Shown here one piece after another: positions 1 to 13,100 of a stretch of 61,089 nucleotides of DNA. Where the stretch lies: positions 1 to 61,089 of the IMG/VR virus record IMGVR_UViG_3300025108_000045. One strand, written 5' to 3'. This DNA is from a virus. Taxonomy: Duplodnaviria; Caudoviricetes. Numbering within the stretch: position 1 is the first letter of the stretch; every line of letters begins with the position of its first letter. A program made the position numbers and the translations under genes. The notes under the pieces are model-generated. The model was given only the letters and a program-made list of their open reading frames with translations. It was not told where the DNA came from and did not search any database.

Positions 1-317
1 CCCGCTGGACCTGCTGGACCCGCTGGCCCTGTTGCTCCTGCTGGCCCTGTTGCTCCTGCTGGACCTGTTGCTCCTGCTGGACCTGTCGCTCCTGCCGCGC
101 CATCGCTTCCGTCTGCTCCGTCTGCACCTGCCGCTCCTGCTGGCCCTGCTGGTCCTGCCGCGCCGGTAGCACCATCAGCACCATCAGCGCCATCAGCGCC
201 ATCAGCGCCTGCCGCGCCAGTAGCACCCGCTGGTCCTGCCGGTCCTGTCGCACCTGCCGGTCCTGCTGGACCTGCCGCGCCAGTAGCACCCGCTGGTCCT
301 GCCGGTCCTGTCGCACC
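1..317 (-). repeat. Gly-X-Y collagen repeat (about 35 triplets) with a perfect 48-bp duplication
   Basis: [12 protein letters not shown] triplets; identical 48-mers at 208-255 and 271-318. Confidence 0.95.
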
Positions 318-1583
318 TCCGGGGTAGTTGCATCGAACCCACACGCTTCCTTCGTAAATCAGTGTAGCGCGTTCTGTTGTAGCGACGGTTGCGTTCAATC
401 CTGCGGGTGATGTTTGATTATCAAAGACAATAGAACCCGTACCGTGGTTGCATATTTCAATGATGTGACCTTCGGGAAACTTGTAGTTCGCACTCCCGTC
501 TCTTTCGGGGTTGAGTGTAATAGTCACACCGCTATTCGGTGAGAGCATGAAGAATGAATCACCGTCAGCCGTCACTACCCATGTACCGTTTGTTGTTAGC
601 GCGGTGCTGGTTGCATCGACACCCATGCCTTGTAAGCGCACAGCGTAGTGTCCCGTCTGTTCGTTGTTGCGACCTGCGAAGTAAAATGAGTCAGCCGCGT
701 GTCCTCCACCACGGTCTAAACCGCGCGATGGTCCTTGACCGTATCCAGCGTCGCTTGAGGATGGTGGCGATTGAGCGAACGCACCATAGCGAGGATGGCT
801 CACCCAATGCACATTCACAGTGTCAGTGACAGCAAGTTCTCCGTTTTCGTTGTGGACTGCGTTAAGATGCGCAATGGTGTTGATACCTTCTGCACCACCG
901 TCAACAATTTCACCGCTTGTGATTGTTCCAACAGAAAGAGGGACGCGGTAATCTGCCGAGCCTTCGATGAAGATGCGCTTGTCGTTGATTTCTGTGATGT
1001 TGAGATTGTTGCTACCGCCGCCGCTGGCTACATATTCCACACGGATGTGAGCAAGCACGACAGTCTTCATGTTATCTTGAGTAGCACCTGTGTTGTAATC
1101 AATGAGATACTGGTTAGACGCGGATGGATAAAGACCCGTGGTTGAATCGACTGGACTACCACCTTCGTAGTACACTTTGTTGTTGCCTCCGCTCGGTGCA
1201 ATATACACTGTGTAAACCGCTTCCTCATTGGCAGAGAGTGACAGCGCACCGCTACCGTGTGAACCGTTGTTGAGGTCAAGTGTGACGGTATTACCCACAC
1301 CCGAACCAAACTCATAGAGCGCACCATCAAGGACGACGAAGCCTCCGCTTACGGTGAGTGTGCTTGACGATGCACGCACTATGGAACCGGGCTGGTTACC
1401 GCTATTTGTTTCGTTGCGCGTGGAGCCGTAGGCTCCGTCTTGGTATCGCAGAATCCCGTTGCCCTGTGCGCCTTGAATCAAATTGGTCAAAGTCGTGGGT
1501 GACAATGAGTCACCATCTCTCAAGCCGTCTTCACCGAGCGTGTTCTGCGCGGCTGTGTGTCCTGCTATGTTATCTGTCGCCAT
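1..1583 (-). CDS. Collagen-like tail fibre protein, 3' end cut by window edge (more than 527 aa)
   Basis: Not in the ORF track because there is no stop in the window. Manual translation from ATG 1583 ([25 protein letters not shown]...) is open to base 1 and ends in Gly-X-Y repeats. Start overlaps the upstream TAA; GGAGGT SD. Confidence 0.85.
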   Translation of the reverse strand, partial: MATDNIAGHTAAQNTLGEDGLRDGDSLSPTTLTNLIQGAQGNGILRYQDGAYGSTRNETNSGNQPGSIVRASSSTLTVSGGFVVLDGALYEFGSGVGNTVTLDLNNGSHGSGALSLSANEEAVYTVYIAPSGGNNKVYYEGGSPVDSTTGLYPSASNQYLIDYNTGATQDNMKTVVLAHIRVEYVASGGGSNNLNITEINDKRIFIEGSADYRVPLSVGTITSGEIVDGGAEGINTIAHLNAVHNENGELAVTDTVNVHWVSHPRYGAFAQSPPSSSDAGYGQGPSRGLDRGGGHAADSFYFAGRNNEQTGHYAVRLQGMGVDATSTALTTNGTWVVTADGDSFFMLSPNSGVTITLNPERDGSANYKFPEGHIIEICNHGTGSIVFDNQTSPAGLNATVATTERATLIYEGSVWVRCNYPGGATGPAGPAGATGAAGPAGPAGATGPAGPAGATGAAGADGADGADGADGATGAAGPAGPAGAAGADGADGSDGAAGATGPAGATGPAGATGPAGATGPAGPAGPA

Positions 1584-1930
1584 TATGATACCTCCAATAT
1601 GAATGAGAAGCGCACTTCGTTCTGCGCATTTTTAGTGAATGAGTTAATGTCTGCGCGGTACACAGGAATGAACTCGCCTGTGGTAGCGTCTTTGTATTGA
1701 ATGTAAACTTCTTGAATCGGCTTGCTGAACACATACGAAGAGTTGAATGAGCCTTCAACGAGCAGGCTGGTGTCGTCAATGATTTGCACGCGCGGCACTA
1801 CTCTTGCAAGTGTTCGCGCACCACCATCGTCGGAGGTTGCGACCGTTCCGTCGCTTCCAATGTGCAACTCGTTGACAAGCGTAGCGAGGTGTTCAACCAA
1901 GCGTCTCTTTACGGCGTTGAGCATTGGCAT
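1583..1930 (-). CDS. Small beta-rich tail-tip/fibre-attachment protein (115 aa)
   Basis: Translationally coupled on both sides; lies between baseplate and fibre genes. Function inferred from position. Confidence 0.55.
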   Translation of the reverse strand: MPMLNAVKRRLVEHLATLVNELHIGSDGTVATSDDGGARTLARVVPRVQIIDDTSLLVEGSFNSSYVFSKPIQEVYIQYKDATTGEFIPVYRADINSFTKNAQNEVRFSFILEVS

Positions 1931-2523
1931 TATTGTTCCTCCAATAAATTACCATCTTCGTCAAAGAACTGACTCATGTATTTCCTATGGTCTAAATCGG
2001 GGTTCTCGCCATGAAAGTTCAAAACAGGTACTTCTGTATCACCATGTCCCATTTGCCTCAATGCTTCCATGCGATGTCCTCCTTCCTGATGCCCTATCGC
2101 GGGCATTCCCAAAACTTGCCCGTCTTTGATACCGTCTATGATGCTTTGAATATGCGCGGTTCCTAAATCCGGCCAACGATATTCTTTGCCGTCAATCGTT
2201 CTTGGGTTTGTGTCATACCCGTTTTCTGCTAAACGGTCAAAGTATTGATTGGGTGTCATATTTTTCACACGCGCTACATTACGACTTTTATCCCAATCTC
2301 TTTCTCCTGTTTCGGGGTTAGTGCCATACGCTTCTGTGCCTAAAGAGTGACCTATCATTCCTTTTGGGTGATTGTTATACGCGTCTATTACTTGTTGGTC
2401 TGCGCCGTATTCGGGAAAGCCGAATGCGTGTTCATTATGCTGATAAGCCATTTGAACACCGGGAACATTTGTATCAACAACAGGCATTTTAAGAAACAAC
2501 CAAGCCCTCTGCATCGGGTTCAT
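1930..2523 (-). CDS. Leader-bearing (MNPMQRAWLFLK) protein with a ParB/Srx-like domain (197 aa)
   Basis: ATG 2523 overlaps the upstream TGA. C-terminal QEGGHRMEALRQMG...VPVL resembles the ParB N-terminal GxxRxxA motif. Confidence 0.6.
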   Translation of the reverse strand: MNPMQRAWLFLKMPVVDTNVPGVQMAYQHNEHAFGFPEYGADQQVIDAYNNHPKGMIGHSLGTEAYGTNPETGERDWDKSRNVARVKNMTPNQYFDRLAENGYDTNPRTIDGKEYRWPDLGTAHIQSIIDGIKDGQVLGMPAIGHQEGGHRMEALRQMGHGDTEVPVLNFHGENPDLDHRKYMSQFFDEDGNLLEEQ

Positions 2524-4193
2524 CAAATCTTCCTCCTAATCTTTTTGCCCTTGACCGTTCTCATCTCATGCGCGCGAGGTCGGAGCATACGAATCTCCCC
2601 GATAGGTGAGGGTATTGCGGCCCCGCTTACCAAAGTTGCGCCTGTGAAGGTGGTGGCTGTTCTCCCACTGTACGAGACAAATGACTGATTGTCGAGGATG
2701 AGGTGGCCGCTATCAGCAAAACCGTCTGTGCTGGTGACAGTGATTGTTCCGCCACTGTGCGTGCCGTTGATGCGCGGTGTAATTCCAAAGCCAAGTGCAG
2801 ACCTTCCACCCCCGTATCCAACGCTACGGTGCGCCAATAAGACACCTCCGTGAATGTCGGGGGAAGTATTGATGCCGCTTGTTCTTGTTCGCGCCAGTGT
2901 TGTGATAACAGGTCTTACGCTTAGCGCCCCTTTGACCCTCAGTTGCGAACCGCCGACACCGCTCTTGTTGATTTTGACAATTTGAAAAGTTCTGTCAACT
3001 TCATCATCTTCTGCCTCAACATCGCCGCTGTCGCCGAATCCTGTCAATACAGATTCAAGCCCCGCTTCATAAGAAATCATTTGAAAGTCCGATTCTCCTG
3101 TCGAAGAATGGTTCACCTCAATCAAGGCTTGCCGCACACTACCGACCGGAGAGTCGTATTCAACAATGTCACCGGGTTCTAAATCCCAAGAGAGTGTGTG
3201 TCTTTTTGATACGAGGCCACCCTGCGCTTTTCTGTTCAAACGGAGTGCTTGGTTTGCTGACTTGCGCGCCGCAGTTTCATTGTTAGCGGTTGGGTCAAAG
3301 GTTGTCATTTGTTTAATTGAGCCGTGCTTCTTTTGCAACTCAGCATCATCGACTTGCACGCTAATTACATCATTGACTGCAATACCCTTGCCTCTTACAA
3401 TCACTCTGTTTGCAACATCAACTACGGGGTCGATGCTCGTCTCGCCTACACCGCGCTGAATTCCCAAGGTTCTGTCTTTGACTTGGAATACTTTAGGAGC
3501 ATAAAGGAAGTTCCCAAACCTATCGTAGTAAATAACGAAATGGTCATGTCGAGCGACAGAACGGATGGCGCTTGGAAGAACAAGTGAATTGAAGTTCTTA
3601 GCCACAAAGAGTGCGCTTGTCCCTTTCGTTGCAACACTGTTCAACCCGTGTAACGCTTTAGTGAATAATTTCTCAACCAAATCTGTACTGCGCAGTCCTA
3701 CGCTAACTGCTTGACCAGCATGCACATGGCGCGTTCTCCCCATTTGCAATTCTGCCAAACTGCGCCCCTTCATATTGTTGAGAGCAATTCGCGCTCCCTT
3801 GTCGGAGACGCTGATGTTATCAGTTCTCAACCGTAATGATGTGTCCGTGGAATCGTACAGTAGCATCGGTCGCTTGGATGTAGGAGAAAGGCGCTCGCCG
3901 TCAAAGAAAGGGGCGTCTTCGTGAGTGGTGTGTGCTAAACGCACGCCTGCGGATTCTTCGCTGAAACGGTATCGGCGAGGGTGACTGCTTTGGAAGTCCG
4001 CTTGGTTAGGTTTGTCCACTTGAGAAGTCAAGCCATTGTTCTGCGCGGGCTTGTAAATGACATGGTGAACTGCATTGTCAACAAATGTAGGTTCCTCCGC
4101 CACTGAACCTACATGTTCGTGAATAGCATCCGACCGTCCATTGCTTGGAGCGGCGTAAGATGTGTTGCTCGGAGAAGGCACTGTGTAGGTCAT
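2523..4193 (-). CDS. Baseplate hub/tail-tip protein (556 aa)
   Basis: Follows the giant tail protein. IYYDRFGNFLY...VANRVIVRG...LEPGDIV pattern is typical of hub/Tal-like proteins. Confidence 0.65.
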   Translation of the reverse strand: MTYTVPSPSNTSYAAPSNGRSDAIHEHVGSVAEEPTFVDNAVHHVIYKPAQNNGLTSQVDKPNQADFQSSHPRRYRFSEESAGVRLAHTTHEDAPFFDGERLSPTSKRPMLLYDSTDTSLRLRTDNISVSDKGARIALNNMKGRSLAELQMGRTRHVHAGQAVSVGLRSTDLVEKLFTKALHGLNSVATKGTSALFVAKNFNSLVLPSAIRSVARHDHFVIYYDRFGNFLYAPKVFQVKDRTLGIQRGVGETSIDPVVDVANRVIVRGKGIAVNDVISVQVDDAELQKKHGSIKQMTTFDPTANNETAARKSANQALRLNRKAQGGLVSKRHTLSWDLEPGDIVEYDSPVGSVRQALIEVNHSSTGESDFQMISYEAGLESVLTGFGDSGDVEAEDDEVDRTFQIVKINKSGVGGSQLRVKGALSVRPVITTLARTRTSGINTSPDIHGGVLLAHRSVGYGGGRSALGFGITPRINGTHSGGTITVTSTDGFADSGHLILDNQSFVSYSGRTATTFTGATLVSGAAIPSPIGEIRMLRPRAHEMRTVKGKKIRRKI

Positions 4194-7100
4194 AGCGTCG
4201 CCTCCTTGTCGGTTCTGTCACTTTCGTTAGCATGGTCGCCTGTATTCAAATCATCACCCGCATACAACTGTTGAGTGTAGCGCGGCTGAACATTGTAATC
4301 AAGTCGAATGAAAGAATCTTGTTCATCTTGCACAGACTGCCTTCGGCTTGCGTCGCCTCGGAAGTGTTGCAAAGTATTACTTGATACAATCATTCGCGCA
4401 ACAGACTGTGTTGCTGTCGATTTGAAGTCACTTGCGCCGCTACCTGCAATCTTAGGCCCTGTACTTACAGGTGCGCTGGTTGATGCTGATAGATTGAATA
4501 AATACACAGGCGCGTATGGAGGGTTGTTTGGAGCAGGGTTGCTACCACGCATGTAGGTCGAAGCCGCATCAGCGGCGCGTGCGTTAGGGGCATCATAAAG
4601 GAACACACCGTAACGACCTGCGGCAGTTGCCGACAATACATGCGTTCTCTTATCACGGAACAATTCAATGTGTTTGTTATCAAGCACGCGTACAGGACGA
4701 ACGAGGAACTTGATAGTCTCATCTTTAGCGTTTGTTTTGTAAGATTTTGAATCATGGTTGCTGGTTTGATATGGGTTGGTGCTCGCACCGCTCGCTGAAC
4801 CCCAAAGATAATCGTCAATTGGTTCTCCTTCGGAACTCAATTCTAAGATGAATGTTCCGCCCATAACTGGAACTCCGTGCGTTGTCCCAAATCTCAAAAC
4901 CTGCTTGGTTGAAGCAAAGTCAAGTGTATGTAAATTGAGATTATCAAGCGCGCGGTTGGCTGTACTAACGCCGCCTGTTAGAATAAAGCGCTGACCAACC
5001 TGTCTGTCTGTGTGTAAACTGTGCGCTTCTGTGCTTGCAATTGCATAAGCCGGACCCATCTCACCATCATTCTCACCAACTGTCATCGTATCCAAACCAA
5101 TACGCGGTTTTGATTTTGCAATTGGTTCTTGCATGAAAGTGAAGTTTGAATGCTCAACATTGTTTCCTATGTTGGCTTCTCGCTTCAACAAACCATCCGA
5201 ACCCGCCAATTCCAAGCGAGCGCTGATTCCTCTCGGCATTTCATGAGATTCTAAATCCACATTTGAAGGACGAATCAAGCCGTTTGTGAACGGTGGTTCG
5301 CTGGTATGGTGCGAAAGAACCAACCCAAACGGTTGCATATCTTCGGATACATCTTGAAGAATGTCTTCATTGAAGTATGTCGGGTAACGAACACCGCGCC
5401 CGTCACCGCGGTCACCAACTCTCTTGGCTGTGGCAGGGTCAAAGAATCGCTCCGAGGCTACTGATGCGCGTAATGCTGTATCGCTGAACATAGTCTCAGC
5501 GGACTTGGTTCGGTCAGTAGCGCGGTATGCATCTTCCGGGTCCCATGACGGGCGAATACCAAACCCGCGCACAGGGAACCTGCGAACATCTTCGCCTGTG
5601 GTATTACCCCACCAGTCAATCATGTAGTGTGCTTGAGCAAGCGCGAGATTAACTCGTTGGTCAACAACATCTGTTCCTGCTTTCAAACCCGCAGGTGTGT
5701 CGGAGTGGAAGCGGCGGATGGCAGTGGATGGGTTGCGAATGTTTCGTACCGCACATCCGAATCCTTTGGTCATGCGCCGTCCATCACTGTACTGAACCTG
5801 TTGACCTTTGAGGTTTGTTCCAACAAGCGCGGATGCGTTAGTTTGTCGTTCGATGACGCCAACATAAGACGGTTTGACATTTGTTGTTGGTGTCGTCGTA
5901 TTGGAAGCGCTTTGAGTCGTTGTTGTCATTGTTGCACCGTCGTTGCTAACGAACGGCCCTTCTGCTTGGTAGTGATAATTAGTGTAGGGGTCGCGCAGTG
6001 CTTGATTTGCTTTGATAGCCCAACGAGGACGATTGTATGGTTGCCTTACTGATACGCGGTAGCCCCATCCAGCGTTGCGGTTAGTCGATGCTGAGTTGAT
6101 TGAGTCGGTCATGGTTTCAACATTAGCGTCAGTCACGACGAGTCCTTTAGCGTCAGTCACTTGCTTGATGTTCGGGTCGTCCCATTTGTTACGCCATCCA
6201 ACCATTGCTGTACCGTAAAGACTCAACGAACTCATTTGCGCACCAAACCTATGACCGCCCGACCAAAATGCTCCAAGTTGATACTTGCGCGATTTACCGT
6301 CTGTACCTGCTTGATGTGGATAATTAGCATCGGGGTACGCGTCTGTTAAATCGTCGCCGGGGCCTTCCCATGTTTTCATTCGGAACTTGAAAGGACCATC
6401 ACTCATGGCGTATGTGAACTCATGGTAGTGAACCGTTTCAAAATGCTCCGGTGCATGGTTGTAGGCTTTCTTGTCAACAGCCGCGTCTTCTTTGTTAGTA
6501 CGGCTGTCGGAGAACCATGTCATTGGGCGACCAAGATTGTAGTGCCACATACAAAGATACGCGTCGGGGAGATGCATTGAGTTGGTATCGCGCGTCCCCG
6601 ACAACAGTTGCGGCAGGTTGCGTGTAGCAATACTCTTGGTTGAATCGTTGTAATACGCGCTGGCATTGAAGTTATTGTAGGGTGAAGTTAAGCGAACGGT
6701 CGCGCCTTGAACAGCCGCGGCCCAAAAGCCACTTGTCACAGGAGCCACTCCGTTGAAAACAACTGGACCTGTTGCCCCTGTTTGACTGATGTAGCCGCGG
6801 TCAGTGTAAGTCGCTGTTTGTTCAACGCCGTCTGCGTCAACGATAAGCAAGTGGTGGTTGTAATAGTCGCTACCGACTAACGGGAAGAGCGTGTTGTTCT
6901 GCACATACAACTTACCTGTACCGCTAATTGAATGTTCGATTGTCGCAACAGGTGTGAGTGAAGTGAGGTATTCAGTGTAAACATCAAGGTAGTGCGACGG
7001 GTAGCCGAGCATCGTGGTCTGTGTCCCCACTGCTCCGAGGGTTGAGCGACAGAAGTGATAGTAGTCGTCGGGTTGATACTGCTCTATTCGCTTCCATTTG

Positions 7101-10100
7101 TTTGTCGCAAATATCGTTGAAGAGTCAAGCGCGGCGCTCCACCATGGCACAGTCACTGTATTTCCGGGTGTGGCACGGTGGAACATGTTGGGATGGTATG
7201 GTAGGCTACGGCGGGTGAACGCTCCCGATGATGTAGCATTGACACCGAATGGGTTTGCAAGACCAAGAATAGGAGTGTTCGCGAACTGTTCGCGAGTGGA
7301 AGCATCATGGTCAAGAATCAGTTCATTGACAAATATCTCACATCCGCGCGTATCAGCCATAGTAGCCTCGGAAAGAATGAGGTCAAACTGCACACCATTC
7401 CATTGAAGCGCAACAACCGTAGCCACCAGTTGGTCAGTCAATGAGCGCTTGGTTGAGTTTGCTCCACTTGGGTCTTCGGGTGCATCGGTGTTAGCATACT
7501 CAGTGTTCTCATTGTTCCCCATAAACTGCTTGCTGAACAGGTTAGGTTGAATGACAATTTGATACGCGCCTACCTCAGCAGGGTCGGGGAAGTTCCATGA
7601 TGTATTGTAATTGCTTCCGCTTTCGAGTTGTATTCGATGTCCACCCGCTTTGTTGCAAACAGCGCTGTCGTCAGCCATTCCATAACCATCGAAGCGCAAC
7701 TTAGTTTCTGTCAACAATGTGAAGCCGTCACCATGAATATCGCTTGGTGGCTGAGGTGATGTTGGACCCGAAAACCAAAGCAGAGGATTGTGAACAGCCT
7801 TGCTTGAATCAGCATCAGTTGCTCCAAAACAAGCGCGAGCGTTTGCATTTAATTTTTGATACAGTGGGTGAGCAAGATGACCGGGGAGCATAGCCATAGT
7901 GGGGGCAACATAATGATGACCCATGCGGGGTAGCGGCATTGGAGTGAGTTTGTTAGCCGCGCGAACAAGAGTTGCAGGGCTTACTCCTGCCGGAAGATTA
8001 GCCCAATCAGTGTGGGGCTTGTCGGGACTGTTCCCACTTACTTCTGCATGGTCACGCAGTCTGCGAGCGGCAAACTGTCGCGTCGAGCCAGCAGGGATAT
8101 AGAAAGATGGTTTGATGCCATCGTCCTCCTTGGCCGTAAAGTCGGGCGCGAAGACAACCTGTTGGAATTGTTTACCACTTACTTCTTTGAACGAAGCGAT
8201 TGTGCCGTTGACTGAAAGGAAGTAGCGTCCGTCGGGTGTAGGGTCTTGCTTCCAAATGTCAGCGGTGATGGTTTCTTTTGCGGTAATTGTATCTGTTCCA
8301 ACCACATCAACCGTGAGACGGTTGAGTGTCATAGCGTTGTTGATGATGCTCAACGGTTCGCGTTCAGTGTAGGTGTACCCCATCTTGGTGATGTGGAAAT
8401 ACAACGCGCGGTCGTGAGGTTCGTAGGCTGTTTCGAGGATGTTCTGTGATTGAAGACTGTTGTTACTGTCGGGGAAGTTGTTAGGGTTTTGATTGATGTG
8501 TTCGTACCCTTCTTGCTCCCAACGAGGCGCGGTGTTAGGTCGAGCAGACTCCGACTCAAATGAACTCAATACTTCTGCGGTGGGTTGACTTGGGTGTTGC
8601 AACCCTCCGCTACCAAGTGTTTCGTTTTGATAAGCCTGCAACCTATCGAAACCAGCGCGTACAAGGATATTCCCCGGTATCTCATCGTGGTTTGGTAAGC
8701 GTATTTTCATGTTTGGCGATACACCGGAGCCTGCCAAAGCAGGAGCAAGACCTTCATTTTCGCGGTCATGCACCAGTTCATAGTCGCGTATCACTACACC
8801 AAGAGGTGAGCCGCCCTCAAGCGTATGCTCTTGGCCTGTATCATCGACAACGACAGTGCTGACAAACTGCATCTCTTCGTTGGGTATGCTAAGAGCGTTA
8901 CGCACTTCGTAAGGGTATTGTTCAGCGAGTGAAGGGTGAGCCAGTTCTTGTGCTTGGATAATAGGAAACATGCCAGCGTTAGTTGTTTCAAACGAGAAGC
9001 GAACATTGCCGTAAATTGTTTCACCGAACTTAACATAAGAGTCACCAACCTTGTGGACAGCCCATGGTATGCTACCAAGACCGCGTGCATTTTGAGCAGG
9101 TAGCGTAAGGTTGCCGCCACTCATTCGCTTCCATACGACATGCTCAACAAAGAAGTTGCGAGCCGCGCTACGGTCTTTCCAGTGTGAGTAAATATCATCG
9201 CGATGAGTTTCGTAAACCTCGTACCCTTTCATCTCAACCTTGGCTGTTTCCGAATCGAAAAGAGGGTCGTTGGGGTAATACTTATTGTTTGGGTTCTCTT
9301 CTTTGTCAAAGAACAAGTCGCCTGTTGGGAACAAACAAGTCTCGGCCTGTGTGAGTTCGGAAGATGTTGCAGGACTGCTTGTCCAAAGAGGGGATGCGTC
9401 AGTCGGGCGTGTAATTGTTGTATCATACATGGCTTCGATATGAGGCCCTGCATTCGACTCTGCGCTGAATCGGTCGTTGTTGAATCGGTCATTGTGGTAG
9501 GACGCAACCGTGCCTCCTTGAGTTCCACCCCATTTGAGTTGAAGCATGTCGCCACAGGCTTTCTGTCCGTTGCGCGAAGCCTTAGCGATAATTGGTAAGT
9601 CACCCTCATAGGAGACTACGATGAAATGGCGCTGATGCAATCCAGTCGAGTCGTGAAGATTGTTTTTTGGAACCCAAATATACTGAGCGTTCTCTTCCTC
9701 ACCTGCACCAGTTGCTGGTCGCAAAATCCATTCCATGGATGCAGGTTGATGACATGCCATGCCGGAGCCGTATGGGTTGAATCCAAGCATAGGATGCCAT
9801 GCTCCTAACCCTGCCGCTACCTTATCACTGATGTTGAGACTGTTGAAGTATGAATAGCGCTCGCCATGCCAACCGACTGCGCCAACTGCGCGCGTGCGGT
9901 CAATAGCGTCAGTCACGCCACTGAAATGAACTTGTGTGGATGCGTAATGGTCGAAAGGTCCGTTAGACATTTGACCGGAACTTGTTGCCCCTGTTGCGCG
10001 AGTTCCGTCAACTGCGTTTTGGAATCCATTATCCCATCGCAAATTACCTGCCTTTGACCAAACGAAAACTTTGTGACCTGCTCCTTCAACACTGGACACA

Positions 10101-13100
10101 TCACCTGTTCCGCTAAGCGCAGGCTCTTCCAATCGGTTTTGTCCGTTTCGGAAGTTCGCACCAAGAACAAATGTTCCTTGAGCAACATCGTAGTGCGAGT
10201 AGTAGCCGTAGTAAGACTTTGTACCATTGCTGACGCGTATCCAACCGTTCTCCGGTAGCGTCATCGGGAGCGCCGTTGATACTGAAACAAGACCGCCGCT
10301 GGCGGCGTCAGTGTAAGTTCCGAGGTTACCAACATCAATCCATCCGTATTTGTCTTGGCGTTGCGCGTCTTGGAACGATGGTAAGAAAGAGCCGCCGAGT
10401 GCTTTGAGATTAGCGCGACCGGGGAATGTGTTAATTGCGGCGGCGACGACTGCTCCTAACTCTTCACTGTTTTGACAGCGCGTAGCATCAATCAAGAATA
10501 CATCTTCGGGTACTGGCGCGCTTAAATTATCATCGTAATCAATCAATACTTGCGAGCCAACTCGGAACATCGTTGCATTCAGTCCAAGTCTGTCGATGTA
10601 TTGCACTGTGGAATTTACAGAATTGACCAGTGTCGCAGTGATAGGATGCGGAGCATTCTTCCGCACGCTGTTGTCAAACCAAGAACCGCCTGCCGTGTAT
10701 CCACCATCAAGGTGGAAAGCAAGTTTGTTTATGCTAAAGTTACTGATAGCAGAAGCAAATCTTGCAGTCGCTCGATAGTGAGAGAATGGATGAGCGTATT
10801 CGTTTGCAGCGCTTTGACCAGTGGCGTTCGGTCCAAAGAAGTGACTGCTAACATAGCGCGCTTGTGTTGACAAAGTTTGGTTGAATGCACTGTTTGGTGA
10901 ACCATAAGATGGTTCCCAATGACGGAATGTTTCGTAAGGGAATACATTGTTCGCGCCGTAAGCATCTGTCGGCGGTAAAAACTGATTTGAAGCGCCGTTA
11001 AGCGTACCATTGCTCAACTCATTTGGTAGGAAATAACCAGCCTCGTTGCCTTGGTCGAATGTTGTTCCTGTGGCTCCGTCAAGTGAGCAGTATTTTTTCC
11101 ATGCGGCTATCCATTTTGCCGAAGGTTCGACCGACTGTGTTATACTTCCTATCTCCCCGCTCCAATGTTTAGGTACTGATTGGCCGGGGCCGAACACCAT
11201 GTAAGCCACACTGTTTTCGGAATCATCATAGCGTGCATAAGGGTGAGCAAATCGAAGCACGACGGGTACAGGTTGAGCGACTTTGACACTATCGTAGGTT
11301 GTGCCGGGGATAGGGTGAGTGTCTCTGTTCCCGTCAATGTCGGGATTGAGTATAGCATCAGCGTTGGCAAATGGAGGCGAAGCCTCACCCCTGTGTTGAT
11401 TAACAAGCGCCGAAGCAGGGAACATTGCAAACATAGCCGCAGTGTCAAGGAGCGCAAAGGCTCCCATCTTCTCACCAATGTCTTGCAATCCAGCGCTACC
11501 CGTAGGACCCTTCGCATACGGGTGTTTGTTGTGACTGCTGTAATCAACACGCGACCCGTCGTTGATGTCCATGACTACGCCGCTAAAGCCACCGCCGAAG
11601 TAAAGAGGCACATTATGGTCAACGCTGTCATGCGCTCCACGGAAATACAATAGCGGGTTGCCTTTACGATTCGCGCTAAGACGCATCCCTTGAATGTCGT
11701 TGACGAACTTGAAGCGTTGCATCAGTTGACCTGTGCTACCTAACAAAGTTCGGAAATCACCCTTGCCTTCGTTATTATGCCAGCCAATCATTTGATTAGC
11801 CGCTACTATGGCTTCCCCGCCACCTCTCTCTATGGGGCTAAACGCCGCGCAATAGATGTAGGAGTCTTCTGTCAAGTCCATACGCTTGAACGGTGACCAA
11901 GACCCATCAATCGCGCCGCCAAACTCATTGTGAACATCGCGATTAAGATTGTTACCACTGGCATCCACATGTTGCAACTGCCATGCGTATTGGCGACCAA
12001 GTACAGCAAAGTTGTGAGGGTCGCGTAACTCAAGTTGATAGGTGTCTTTTTCACCCGAAGGTAGGCTTCCCGACTGAGTGTCAAGTTGGAAAGTATGAGA
12101 CTCAAGAGCCGGTGTAATGTGGTCACCATCAAAGCGTGTAAATTTGTCACCTTGCAAGTGCTTCTTCCATTCAGCGGTAGGCACTGCATTGTTGGTTTGG
12201 TCAACAAGGATGGGTGTGGCTGTGTTAGCGTTGTAGCCTCGGTAGCGTGTTGATATTGTCAATAGCGTGCTTGGTAAATACCCACAGTCTAACATTTGTG
12301 AATTGAGTTGACTTGCTCCCAACCCGCCAAAAGTACCACCAGTACCGTGCGTTGCGCTGACTACGCTTGTTTCTTTACTACTTGCGTTGATGCCCCAATC
12401 TTTGGAGAGGGAAACGCTGAATAGAGAGCGAAGAGGTATGATTTGTTTGTTGCGATTAAAGGTTGTAATTTTAATTGCGGTGCGCGCGCTATCGCCCATA
12501 ACCTCGCCGTAAGTACGACCATCGGGTGCGCGCAAATGTGAACAGTCAAAGAACTGATTGTCCTCGTTCGGGTCAACTGTGAAAGCATAAGCGGTCGCCG
12601 CGGCAATCAATTCATCAGTAACAATAGTTGTTTGATTGAGATGTGGGCTGATAATGACAGGCGCGTTGTTATCGTCGTAGGCTGTTGGTCCTCGGTTTAC
12701 TTGAGCGCTGAAATACTGAGCGTGTATGTCATCCGCATCAACCCCGGCAAGACCTGCAAAACTGTGAGGGCCAGCCCGACCGTTATGGGTTCGCGAAGAA
12801 TAAGAAAAGACTACACCAACTTCACCATACGCTGAGGTTGAAGAAGGGATAGCCAACCAAATTAAGCCGCTGTCGGGAAAACCCATCCAACCGAGAACAT
12901 CGTCAACATCGGGAGAATGATGCCATATTCCGCTATTGTAGTACCCGTAACCGCTCGCGGCGTTAATTTCAAGAGTATTGTTGCTCATTAAATTTTTCAT
13001 TGTTACAGCGTAACCAGCGTTAGGCGTGTGAACACCGCGCCATTTGTTACCTCTCCACTCTTTCTCGCTTCCTGCTGAGTAAAAGAAAGGTGTGCCATCG

